From a phage: DNA of 64,000 nucleotides. A program made the translations under genes and the position numbers. Of the stretch, positions 17,435 to 26,534 are shown piece by piece. Below the pieces are notes generated by a model. The model had not been told where the DNA came from. It was given only the letters and a program-made list of their open reading frames with translations, and ran no database searches. How positions within the stretch are numbered: the first letter of the stretch is position 1; each line of letters opens with the position of its first letter. The stretch lies in the NCBI GenBank assembly GCA_012474735.1, contig GCA_012474735.1_4085.1; one strand, written 5' to 3'.

Positions 17435-18779
17435 AGTTCCATCAAGTCGAGAAAGACTCAAGCCCACCGGGTGCATAGTTACGCCCAAAATTCAGTACTG
17501 AAAAAATTTTTAAAAATATCCGTCCAGGCCGTTGACATTGCCCCCAGTTTATAAGATAATGATTCCAGATTCAGAAAAATCTAACTCCAGATACTGCGGG
17601 GAAACTATCCCCACGCGGTAGGGGAACTATTGGAAAAAACAAAATAAAATTTTGATTTAGCCGTCTATACTTCCAGACGTGTAACCATCTAGCCGTTTAG
17701 CCGTCTAGATGGATAGCCATCTTTACTTCCAGACTTCTGGAGGGCTAGACATATCTACGCCCAAAATCCATCCAGGGTAACTACGCCCAAAATCCGTCAG
17801 TACTATACCATAGATCTATCTTTTGAAAGGGAGTATTCAGTACTGCCATCATAGCCCTCACTATGTTACCCTAGGAGGATGAAGACTATCATGTAGTACT
17901 GAATACTGTTAGAGGGAATCCACCAGCTTGTGCTGGTGGCATAATGCTTTAGATTAAAATCAGTACTGACACCATTCTGTTAATATCAGTACTGTTATTA
18001 CGATTTTCATATGAGGTTCAAAAAGATGTACCACCACAGGAGGAACTATCTTTTCTGTACTGTCTCACGACAGGAGGTAGAGTAAATGAATTGTTCGCAG
18101 CAACTCATCTCTCTATGTAGAACATTATACAGTACTGAATCATAATGTCAATAGCTTTCTTTCATTATTCAGTACTGATATTCTTGAGAACTACCCGACT
18201 ACAAACATCATTATATCCCACAAATCATAAACGTCCCAACGTAAATTTCAACTTTCGAAGATCCAACTTTTATTTCATAGGTACTCCAAAATTTTTAGGA
18301 TCGAGATTTAGGATGGAGTACTAACCAACTTTTTGCTGGAGCCTCAAGGGGTAATTGAATTTTACCCCGAAGGGTAAAGGGGTAATTGAAATTAAGGTGA
18401 AAGTAATAATTCAGTACTAATCATTGCGTGATTACTTTTGATTACATTTGATGTAATTTGAAAAATGGAAAAGGAGCTTGGAAACTACAAAGTACGGCAG
18501 ACTTCCTCTGCCTACTTAGTGGCATATCAGTACTGAATCCTTCCCTAGCATTCTTGAGCAATCTTGTCTATACTAATCAGTACTGAATCATATATAATCA
18601 TTCTGTGATTCTACGGTGCTCATATAAATGTTTATATATGATTACTTATGACTACCTATGATTACGGGGTTTAGCCTGGGGAGAATCCTAGTGATCGCAT
18701 TTGTCCAGGCTGAATTTTAACAATTCGCCTGTACATAAAGGTTGTTCACTAGGAGCTTCCCCTGTCTACTTGTGTTTAA

Positions 18780-18971
18780 TTACTTCCTATATATAAGCAT
18801 TAAGATATAGTAGTACTGATTATACTGTACATTCTCTTTAATATTATAAGGGTCTATAGCAATCTCGGTACATCTGTTAAATGCATATCTATTAAATGCC
18901 AGTGGAATTATAGATCTAATCCATACTTGTTCATTTTCTTTTAGTTTACTTATATAGAAGTTTTTATACAT
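18780..18971 (-). CDS. small paralog family protein (63 aa)
   Basis: array family: N-term MxKxFY, C-term LIYRK. Confidence 0.55.
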   Translation of the reverse strand: MYKNFYISKLKENEQVWIRSIIPLAFNRYAFNRCTEIAIDPYNIKENVQYNQYYYILMLIYRK

Positions 18972-18986
18972 AGTATTCTCTATTAA

Positions 18987-19169
18987 TTAATATGATAGTA
19001 CTAGTGTTAGTACTGAGCACAATTGTTCTTTGTAGTTCTTAGGGTATATAGAATCTTTTATGCACTCATTGAAGTGCCATAGGTATAATCTTGGGTCGCA
19101 TTCTTTATATATTCTTACGGGGACGAATGTTAGTTTTCGTATATAGAATTCTTTATGTTCTTTATTCAT
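18987..19169 (-). CDS. small paralog family protein (60 aa)
   Basis: MNKEHKEFY start; array member. Confidence 0.55.
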   Translation of the reverse strand: MNKEHKEFYIRKLTFVPVRIYKECDPRLYLWHFNECIKDSIYPKNYKEQLCSVLTLVLSY

Positions 19170-19170
19170 A

Positions 19171-19359
19171 TTAGTACCTGAATATAAGTAGGATTATGTT
19201 ATAGTACTGGTTAGTACTGCAATGATTCTCTATACATCGATTAACAGTTATGGAATAGCTATATCTGGCGTAAGCATTATCCAGCGGGATTTTACATTGA
19301 GCACTTAGAGAAAGTACAGTAGGTAGTGTATTCAAATAGAAGTCTTTGTAATTATTCAT
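19171..19359 (-). CDS. small paralog family protein (62 aa)
   Basis: MNNYKDFYLNTLP ... LLIFRY. Confidence 0.6.
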   Translation of the reverse strand: MNNYKDFYLNTLPTVLSLSAQCKIPLDNAYARYSYSITVNRCIENHCSTNQYYNIILLIFRY

Positions 19360-19561
19360 ACAGGAATAGTATACCTATGATACCTGAGTACAGGTTAGTA
19401 CTGTTACCATCTTCGTTTGCGTTTAAAGTCATTTGAATACAATTATTGTAGCATACTCTGCCGAAAAATGTATTAGTACTTAAAGGTGGAGTATTCCTTA
19501 GAAACATTTGTTCTGAGGGGCTTATGTATTTGGAGTAGAATTCTTTATGTTCTTTATTCAT
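19352..19561 (-). CDS. small paralog family protein (69 aa)
   Basis: MNKEHKEFY ... ILFLYE. Confidence 0.6.
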   Translation of the reverse strand: MNKEHKEFYSKYISPSEQMFLRNTPPLSTNTFFGRVCYNNCIQMTLNANEDGNSTNLYSGIIGILFLYE

Positions 19562-19566
19562 ATTAG

Positions 19567-19752
19567 TTAGTGTCTGTATATAAGTAATAGTAAGAATACG
19601 TACTGCACATCTTCATCTTTAGTATTGAGTACTGTACGTATTGCGTCATGGAACAAGAATATAGTACTTGGGTCATGAAAATTTAAAGGGGTTCTGGGTA
19701 CGGCATGTTTGTAGTTCCCTTTAACAAATTGTGTGTAGTATTCTCTATGCAT
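19567..19752 (-). CDS. small paralog family protein (61 aa)
   Basis: MHREYYTQF ... LLLIYRH. Confidence 0.6.
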   Translation of the reverse strand: MHREYYTQFVKGNYKHAVPRTPLNFHDPSTIFLFHDAIRTVLNTKDEDVQYVFLLLLIYRH

Positions 19753-19753
19753 A

Positions 19754-19939
19754 TTAGTACCTATATATTAGGGCGAGAATGTAGTACAATTCATATGGAA
19801 TGTAATTTGGGGTGATCGCACACTGTGTATGGTAAATGAATTGTTCGGTATTTTTCTTATCCTTGATATCTATTGGGATTTGTGGTATAAGCATTTGGGA
19901 GTTTAGATCGAGGTGGCTTAAGTAGAATTCTTTATGCAT
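19754..19939 (-). CDS. small paralog family protein (61 aa)
   Basis: MHKEFYLSHL ... LALIYRY. Confidence 0.6.
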   Translation of the reverse strand: MHKEFYLSHLDLNSQMLIPQIPIDIKDKKNTEQFIYHTQCAITPNYIPYELYYILALIYRY

Positions 19940-19948
19940 ATTGTTCTC

Positions 19949-20137
19949 TTAGAATACGAAAGCTAGGTACAGGGTATGATACAGTACTCGATGATAGCTG
20001 TCAAAATCTAGTATACATGCTTTAGTGCACATAGTAAAGTACACTTTCTCGTTTTGTGCATTGATACCGCGAGGTTTATCTAATAGATTAGTTCTGAGGT
20101 ACATTGGGAAATATTTTGTGTAGTATTCTTTATGCAT
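19949..20137 (-). CDS. small paralog family protein (62 aa)
   Basis: trimmed to MHKEYYTKYF start; LYLAFVF end. Confidence 0.55.
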   Translation of the reverse strand: MHKEYYTKYFPMYLRTNLLDKPRGINAQNEKVYFTMCTKACILDFDSYHRVLYHTLYLAFVF

Positions 20138-20138
20138 A

Positions 20139-20321
20139 TTAGTACCTGAATATAAGTAGGATAGTGTTATATAGCTGGTCATAACTACTACTATTTTCTA
20201 TACTTCGTTCTATGCAGTTATTGAATCCCAGTACTGCCAAATCGTTATCCATAGGGACTTTATATCTGGCGTAGTGTTCAAAAATGCTGGGGAGAAATTG
20301 TGTGTAGTATTCTTTGTGCAT
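20139..20321 (-). CDS. small paralog family protein (60 aa)
   Basis: MHKEYYTQFLP ... LLIFRY. Confidence 0.6.
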   Translation of the reverse strand: MHKEYYTQFLPSIFEHYARYKVPMDNDLAVLGFNNCIERSIENSSSYDQLYNTILLIFRY

Positions 20322-20322
20322 A

Positions 20323-20508
20323 TTAGTACCTATATATTAGTAAAAGGATGTGATACAGTACTCGATTATAGTCTTCAATATATATCGAGGATTTAGTGCA
20401 CTGAATGAAGTAGTCTTTTTCGTAGTTTTTTTCTATACCCAATGCAACGTTTGGTACAAGGTGTTGGAGATACATTGGGAGTTTCTCTATGTAGTATTCT
20501 TTATACAT
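20323..20508 (-). CDS. small paralog family protein (61 aa)
   Basis: MYKEYYIEKLP ... LLLIYRY. Confidence 0.6.
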   Translation of the reverse strand: MYKEYYIEKLPMYLQHLVPNVALGIEKNYEKDYFIQCTKSSIYIEDYNRVLYHILLLIYRY

Positions 20509-20517
20509 ATATTATCC

Positions 20518-20718
20518 TTAGTACTGGAACGCAAGGTACAGGGTGTGGTACAGTTGTACTTGATAATTGTTTTCATTAGCTTCTTCATTAAGTACTTGTT
20601 CAGTACATGTACGGAAGTAATCAGCTTCATATATACAGTCAATACCGCGAGGTTCATCTTCTAATAGATTTCCTTGTAGAAACTTTGGTAGTTCTTTTAT
20701 GTAGAATTCTTTATACAT
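20518..20718 (-). CDS. small paralog family protein (66 aa)
   Basis: trimmed to MYKEFYIKELP start; LYLAFQY end. Confidence 0.55.
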   Translation of the reverse strand: MYKEFYIKELPKFLQGNLLEDEPRGIDCIYEADYFRTCTEQVLNEEANENNYQVQLYHTLYLAFQY

Positions 20719-21382
20719 AGTTTGTAATATACGTAATGAGGTGATGCATTTTCTTATTAGTACTGATAATTTCCTGTACATGTTTTGTCAGATTGTACGC
20801 GTTTTTATAGAGTGCTGGATTATCGATTACAGTACTGTACATGAATAGTTCTTCCTCGGATAATTCTTTGCCTTGTAATTCTTTGAGGAATTGTAGTACT
20901 GTATCAGTTTCTTCTGTACGTTGTGCTTGCCAGAAGTGCATATTCTCGTGTACTTTTTCTGCATCAGTAGAGTATATGCCACCCATTTGGAATTGTGCTG
21001 TATTGACATCGTGGGAGGTGTTACAATTCCCGAAGAAGTATGTATTCCCGAAGTATAGCATTAAAGTGCACGGGGTATTATCCAACTGCATATTGATGAT
21101 GAAGGATGCGTTCTTTAGTACCTTTGTGCTCGTATTAGTACTCAATACTTTTAAATCAGTATTATAGATATTCATATAATGAACAGCTATATTATTTTTC
21201 TTCATGTACAATTCAAGGTTCTTTGATACGTTAACTCCATTTGTACTGGATTTTTCCTTTTTATTTCGTTTCTTTAGTACATTCGGGTGATACGTATATG
21301 CAGATGTAACTGATTCTGCCTGAATACTATTGAGGTACTTAAAGTGCTTAAGGTATTGTTTGCTGTGTGCATTAAGTTTCAT
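20711..21382 (-). CDS. hypothetical protein (223 aa) embedded in small-gene array
   Basis: ORF; no recognisable domain. Confidence 0.5.
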   Translation of the reverse strand: MKLNAHSKQYLKHFKYLNSIQAESVTSAYTYHPNVLKKRNKKEKSSTNGVNVSKNLELYMKKNNIAVHYMNIYNTDLKVLSTNTSTKVLKNASFIINMQLDNTPCTLMLYFGNTYFFGNCNTSHDVNTAQFQMGGIYSTDAEKVHENMHFWQAQRTEETDTVLQFLKELQGKELSEEELFMYSTVIDNPALYKNAYNLTKHVQEIISTNKKMHHLITYITNYV

Positions 21383-21392
21383 TTGGTTTCCT

Positions 21393-21572
21393 TTATATAG
21401 ATGCCAGGGCGAGGATTTCCCTGTAGGGATTATCTTGTGTTAGTACAGCATAAATGCAGCTATTGAGATTAATATTTTTAGTACTTTTTGTTCCTAGTTT
21501 GTAGTACTTCACGAAGGTGTCGTACATGAAACGGTCTTTTATGGTTATACGTTCTCTATAGAATTGTTGCAT
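21393..21572 (-). CDS. small paralog family protein (59 aa)
   Basis: found by eye below cutoff; MQQFYRERIT start. Confidence 0.4.
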   Translation of the reverse strand: MQQFYRERITIKDRFMYDTFVKYYKLGTKSTKNINLNSCIYAVLTQDNPYREILALASI

Positions 21573-21580
21573 AGTATTCC

Positions 21581-21763
21581 TTAAATAGCGATTAGTTTCA
21601 TTACTTCTCTGTATGTGTACTTTTCGTTTTGTGCATCTCTTGTGACGACATATAGGAAGGTGTGTTTATCTTTTTTGTTCCCGCAATTGTAGAAAATATT
21701 GAACTTATTGAAGTTGAATCTTTCGGCGTGTTGTAGTTTAGTTAAATAGAATTCTATGTTCAT
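21581..21763 (-). CDS. small paralog family protein (60 aa)
   Basis: MNIEFYLTKL ... MKLIAI. Confidence 0.55.
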   Translation of the reverse strand: MNIEFYLTKLQHAERFNFNKFNIFYNCGNKKDKHTFLYVVTRDAQNEKYTYREVMKLIAI

Positions 21764-21771
21764 TTTCTTCC

Positions 21772-21957
21772 TTACATTTCAATAAGTTTCAGTACTGCTC
21801 GGTACGTGTACTTAGTTGTCAGTGCTTCTTTAATAGAAATACAGAAGTAATGTTGTTTGTCTCTTATACTGCCGCGTTTGTAGTACCACACATGGGAGTT
21901 GTGACTGTACTTGTCTCTGTCGGATAGTTGTTGGTAGTAGTAGCTTATATGATTCAT
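21772..21957 (-). CDS. small paralog family protein (61 aa)
   Basis: MNHISYYYQQL ... LKLIEM. Confidence 0.55.
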   Translation of the reverse strand: MNHISYYYQQLSDRDKYSHNSHVWYYKRGSIRDKQHYFCISIKEALTTKYTYRAVLKLIEM

Positions 21958-22004
21958 TGTAATTAGCCTTACTATGTTAAAGTACTCGGTCCCTGGTGTA
22001 CCTT

Positions 22005-22199
22005 TTAGAACTTAAAGATGAGGTTCAGGATAGAGCGGTACTTAGTTGCAGGGAACGTATGTTCTATTGCATAACGTGTCACCATCCTGAAATCGTAATT
22101 ATAATACAGATTATCCTTTCTCATAGGTGGTGCTAAAGAGAATGATAGCTGTTCTTGTTTGGGTAGTTTACTACAATAGAAATCTTTATGATTATTCAT
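22005..22199 (-). CDS. small paralog family protein (64 aa)
   Basis: MNNHKDFYCSKLP ... LNLIFKF. Confidence 0.6.
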   Translation of the reverse strand: MNNHKDFYCSKLPKQEQLSFSLAPPMRKDNLYYNYDFRMVTRYAIEHTFPATKYRSILNLIFKF

Positions 22200-22401
22200 A
22201 GAAATATATTAGTCCTATTAAACCTGAGTACATAATATTTTTGTTATTACATTCGATTGCTTCTATAGTACTACGTATACAATTATTAAAGCAATCTCTG
22301 GCGTGTGGTGTATCTATACTTAAAGGTGATACACTCCTTAGAAACAATTGTTCTTCGTTGCTAAGGTATTTGGTGTAGAATTCTTTATGTTCAGTATTCA
22401 T
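22192..22401 (-). CDS. small paralog family protein (69 aa)
   Basis: MNTEHKEFYTKYL ... LIYFYE. Confidence 0.6.
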   Translation of the reverse strand: MNTEHKEFYTKYLSNEEQLFLRSVSPLSIDTPHARDCFNNCIRSTIEAIECNNKNIMYSGLIGLIYFYE

Positions 22402-22402
22402 A

Positions 22403-22606
22403 TTAGTACTCGATTAAAAGGGCAAGGATATAATAGTATTGCATACTTTCTGCCCCTTGTAAAGCATTTCTTATGATATTACTCCTGTACGAGTTCAGGA
22501 GTTTAGGACAACGTTTGTAGTGTATAAAAGTATTTTGTGTATACAGTAGGCTTTCTCGTAGACCTTTTGTTGGTAGTGCATCGATGTAGTACTGTTCAAT
22601 GTTCAT
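22403..22606 (-). CDS. small paralog family protein (67 aa)
   Basis: MNIEQYYIDALP ... LALLIEY. Confidence 0.55.
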   Translation of the reverse strand: MNIEQYYIDALPTKGLRESLLYTQNTFIHYKRCPKLLNSYRSNIIRNALQGAESMQYYYILALLIEY

Positions 22607-22830
22607 ATAGATAGCAGTACTAAGATTTTTGATAATTGTTTATTGCTATCCCCGCAGATGTTGCTGTGTAAAATACTCACAATGAGGGTATCAATTGCAT
22701 TGTTCATCATAAGGGTGCATCCTGGACTATTATAATTTTTTAGCTCAATTAGCCACGAACTATCCGCGAGAAATTCCCCGTACTCTAGTTCATTTAGAGT
22801 ATTGAGGTAGTACTTAAGAGTATTTGTCAT
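22603..22830 (-). CDS. small paralog family protein (75 aa)
   Basis: MTNTLKYYLNTL ... array member. Confidence 0.5.
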   Translation of the reverse strand: MTNTLKYYLNTLNELEYGEFLADSSWLIELKNYNSPGCTLMMNNAIDTLIVSILHSNICGDSNKQLSKILVLLSI

Positions 22831-22932
22831 GTGTAGTTCTCCTTATATTCCTTCTATAGTACACCAGTACTGAAAGGATGTCAAGGGTTTTCTTTATGGG
22901 GTAAATATGATATAATGAATAAGGAGGGAAAT

Positions 22933-24135
22933 ATGTTACCTTTTGGAAGAATGGTTAAGTACGCAAATATTGCACCAGGTCCAGAACCTGTAGAGTTCTC
23001 AGATGTTTTACAACAACATTATACAAACTGTATGTATCTACATAACCCAACTAATACTTTATATGGTTATGGTAGTAATAACATGTATCAATTTGGTCTT
23101 GGGAATTCAGCAGCAGTTTCGTCATTTACAGTACTTGCAAGGAACTGTGCAGCCTTTTGGCTTGGTGTTCAAGGTTCGTTGATGATTGATTTGGATAATA
23201 AAATATACTACACTGGGTCTGTGGCTGCATTTTCTGATTATGGAGATGCAACACCTGTTAATGGTTATTTGACAACATGGACTGATGTTACTGTTGCATT
23301 TAATAAAATAGGTGTTATGGCTAATATGATCAAGAGTGTATATATAGGTGAAAGTACTAGAATATTATTAACCGATGGTAGAGTAATTGCGTGTGGAAGA
23401 AATACCAATGGTGAATGTGGCTCTGGTAATAAAAATTCCATCCCTACACTCACAGTTATGACTAATATGGGTGAAGTTACACATATGGCATGTTCATTAC
23501 AAGGAACGCACTATATCAAATCAAATAAAGATGCATGGTTTTGTGGTAAGGATAACTTTGGTGAAAGTGGATGTGGTGGTAGTTCTGTTGTATATTTGAA
23601 CAAATTCGTGATTAGTAATGTAGAACATATTAGTACTACATACGATGTTACTTGGTGGTTTACTACTGGTGGGTCTGTATATTATAGCGGGGCTAACAGT
23701 ACTGGACAAGCGGGTAATGGTACGACTACATCGGTAAATCAGCTAACACCAATTAGGAACACATCGGTCACGGTTGATGTAAGTAAGTACAGTACTTTTA
23801 TTTGTCCAAGTAATATGGGAAATGCATCAATTGGTGCACCTATGGCACAATACGCACCATATGTTAGAAGTAGTGGTGCTAACTCATATGGTCAAGAAGG
23901 TAATGGAACTAATACATTAGTTAGAACTTGGAATATTTTTAATCTTAGTGCAATAAGTGGTGGTTATGAAAATGTTCTTATGGCATCTAAAGATTGGAGC
24001 AGAACCATAATAATTACTAAAGATTATAAATTATATGCATGTGGTGGCTGGAATGGAAATGGTGGTAGATTGCCAGATGGCACTTATAGTATTACTACAC
24101 TAACATTAATGCCAACGCAGTTATGGCAACAATAG
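22933..24135 (+). CDS. RCC1-like beta-propeller repeat protein, array member 1
   Basis: start MLPFGRMVKYANIAPG after AAGGAGGG; repeated G-x-N-x-x-G-Q-x-G-x-G blades. Confidence 0.7.
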   Translation: MLPFGRMVKYANIAPGPEPVEFSDVLQQHYTNCMYLHNPTNTLYGYGSNNMYQFGLGNSAAVSSFTVLARNCAAFWLGVQGSLMIDLDNKIYYTGSVAAFSDYGDATPVNGYLTTWTDVTVAFNKIGVMANMIKSVYIGESTRILLTDGRVIACGRNTNGECGSGNKNSIPTLTVMTNMGEVTHMACSLQGTHYIKSNKDAWFCGKDNFGESGCGGSSVVYLNKFVISNVEHISTTYDVTWWFTTGGSVYYSGANSTGQAGNGTTTSVNQLTPIRNTSVTVDVSKYSTFICPSNMGNASIGAPMAQYAPYVRSSGANSYGQEGNGTNTLVRTWNIFNLSAISGGYENVLMASKDWSRTIIITKDYKLYACGGWNGNGGRLPDGTYSITTLTLMPTQLWQQ

Positions 24136-24143
24136 GAGGGAAT

Positions 24144-25253
24144 ATGTTACCTTTTGGAAGAATAATTAGGTATGGAAATATTGTCCCTGGTCCTAAAAAA
24201 ATAATTAAAGTTGGTGCTTCTACACAAGGTCAATTCTTATTGACTGATTCACATGATTTATATTACATAGGTAGAAATCAAGGTGGTGAATCTGGAAATG
24301 GTAATACCAACACGGTGTCTTCGTGGACATTAGTAAGTGCAGATGTTTCTAATTTTTTCGTGGGTGATCGTACACTTGTTATTATTAAAAATGATAATAC
24401 TATATGGACATCAGGTCAAACGTACTGGTTCTCATCTTCTACAACTACTTCTTACAGTACTGTATTAGTTGAAAGGACTAGTTGGTTTACCAATGCTATA
24501 CCAGTCAGTGAAATTGCTAATATTGTATGCACAAATGGTTTAATATTTGTACTTAGCACTAATTCAGTACTCTATGGTGCAGGAGATAATGGATATCGTG
24601 GTTCTTTGGGTATTGGTTCATCATCAATTTACACATTAACTCAATGTGCTACGAACGTTCGTAAAGTAATGACCAATGCGAATGATAGTATGTATCTTAC
24701 ATTAGATAATAAGCTATATAGTTCTGGATGGAATAGTAGTGGGCAGCATGGTACGGGGAACCAAACACAAATTAACACTTGGGGATTGCGTAGTTCTGGT
24801 GTAATCGATGCAGCCATTGGTGGTAATGCATTAAATTACTATAATGGTACATCATATTTCGTATGTGGTCAAACTCCAAACTTTCTTAGTTCAGGTACGA
24901 CTACATTCCGTGCAGTTCCTTTAAGTACTTTGCCTAATAGTTCTCCGTTGTTTATGACGAATTCACCTGCCTTAAATACTGCTACACAAATGGTAATTAC
25001 TAGTACATATCAGAAGGGTGTTGGGGCGAACCGTGGTTTGGGATTAAACAATTCTCAAACTGGTGCTATATATAGTGCTACCAATTTACAATTACCCGTT
25101 GAAGTTAGTGAGATTAGGGATGTTCTTTTTAGTGATGGTTTGACATCGATATTAACCAAAAATGGAGACGTGTATAGTACTGGATCGTATTACGCCATTC
25201 CAGGTGCAATCGAGGATGTTGCAGTCTTTACTAAAATTGATTTACCAAAATAA
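24144..25253 (+). CDS. RCC1-like repeat protein, array member 2
   Basis: MLPFGRIIRYGNIVPG; 8 nt after member 1 stop; RCC1-like motifs. Confidence 0.7.
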   Translation: MLPFGRIIRYGNIVPGPKKIIKVGASTQGQFLLTDSHDLYYIGRNQGGESGNGNTNTVSSWTLVSADVSNFFVGDRTLVIIKNDNTIWTSGQTYWFSSSTTTSYSTVLVERTSWFTNAIPVSEIANIVCTNGLIFVLSTNSVLYGAGDNGYRGSLGIGSSSIYTLTQCATNVRKVMTNANDSMYLTLDNKLYSSGWNSSGQHGTGNQTQINTWGLRSSGVIDAAIGGNALNYYNGTSYFVCGQTPNFLSSGTTTFRAVPLSTLPNSSPLFMTNSPALNTATQMVITSTYQKGVGANRGLGLNNSQTGAIYSATNLQLPVEVSEIRDVLFSDGLTSILTKNGDVYSTGSYYAIPGAIEDVAVFTKIDLPK

Positions 25254-25259
25254 CATAAT

Positions 25260-25278
25260 GCCAGTACTCTGTACTGGC
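25260..25278 (+). terminator. intrinsic terminator of array cassette
   Basis: GCCAGTAC-TCT-GTACTGGC then TTTCTTATTT; followed by AT-rich TATAA(T/C) box and AAAGGAGGG SD. Confidence 0.65.
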
Positions 25279-25322
25279 TTTCTTATTTGTATTAAATATA
25301 GTATAACAAATAAAGGAGGGAA

Positions 25323-26463
25323 TATGTTACCTTTTGCAAGAATGGTTAAGTACGGGAATATCGCACCTGAACTGATTCTACCTAAAAACAGGTTACAATG
25401 TTCTGCTGATGCCAAATTTTATTTACACACAAATGGTAATCTATATTGGTTTGGTTCTTCAGCATATGGACAAAGTGGTAATGGTTCATTGGACTCTTCA
25501 ACTGAATGGACTCTTGTCAACTCAAATGTTACACGATATTGGGGTGGGGTACAAGGAACAATTGCTATAAAGAAAGATGGTACTATTTGGTACACTGGTA
25601 GACGTACTGTTATTCCAATACTATCTTCAAACACTAACGGCGTTTGGGTTGATATAACACAGAACTTTACTGATTTCGGTGTCAGTGCAGATGATATTGA
25701 TAGTGTTGTGATATCTTCGTGTATGCGTGTATTTTTAAAAAATGGAAAGTGGTTCTACTGTGGTGCTGGTACTGGTGGTGTTTTTGGGAATGGATCAACT
25801 TCAAGCGTTTCACGATTCACCTATAGTACAATAGAAAATGTTATCAGTGCTGGTTGTGCAATATATAGTACTGGATTAGTACTAAATGATGGTTCATATT
25901 GGTATGCAGGTAGAACGTTTGTATCAGGAACGACGACACAAAACTTGCTCACATTTACACAAGATACTTCGATTAGTAATGCAATTAAAGCAGTCAATAC
26001 AAATGAAACTTCTTATATATTTCTTAATGATGGTAATGTTAAAGTTGCATCTATTAACGACTATGGACAAGCAGGTACAGGAAATAGGTCAGTAGCCCCA
26101 ATGAGTACATTAATTCCAAATTTATCATTCCAAGGAGAAGTGGAGTTGGTGGGTGAGCTTGGGACAAACCTTACCGGACCATCCTGTATAATTAATAATA
26201 ATAATAAGTTATTTTCATGTGGCCTTAATTCAAATGGTCAATGTGGTATTGGTACAACTGATATGTATATAACATCATTCGCTGAAATGGATCTTACTGC
26301 ATTAGAAGGTAGTAATCTTAGTAGTTTTTGTAAGAGCTATTCTTATACGATGTTAGTTGACGAATATAATAATTTATACACATGTGGTGTACCCAATCTT
26401 ACTGGAATGTCTTCAACTACTGTACCAACAAGGGTTCCTGATTCACTTCTACCGTGGAAATAA
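25323..26463 (+). CDS. RCC1-like repeat protein, array member 3
   Basis: MLPFARMVKYGNIAPE; RCC1-like motifs. Confidence 0.7.
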
Positions 26464-26469
26464 TATAAT

Positions 26470-26488
26470 GCCAGTACACTGTACTGGC
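26470..26488 (+). terminator. intrinsic terminator of array cassette
   Basis: GCCAGTAC-ACT-GTACTGGC plus T-rich tail. Confidence 0.65.
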
Positions 26489-26534
26489 TTTCTTATTTGT
26501 ATTAAATATAGTATAATGAATAAAGGAGGGAAAT

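Larger units (their letters stand above)
16920..18780. repeat. repeat-rich non-coding region with iterons and hairpins
   Basis: no ORF of 60 aa or more; repeats ACGCCCAAAAT(T/C)C x4, GGGGAACTAT x4-5, CTTTCTATATAGG x2, GGGGTAATTGAA x2; hairpins CCATCTAG-N12-CTAGATGG, CCACCAGC-TTGT-GCTGGTGG. Confidence 0.6.

Noticed and set aside
16920-18780. tRNA cluster, as found in many T4-like phages
   Set aside because: No cloverleaf with a GTTCRANYC T-loop and matching acceptor stems could be found by eye; a tRNAscan run is still advisable
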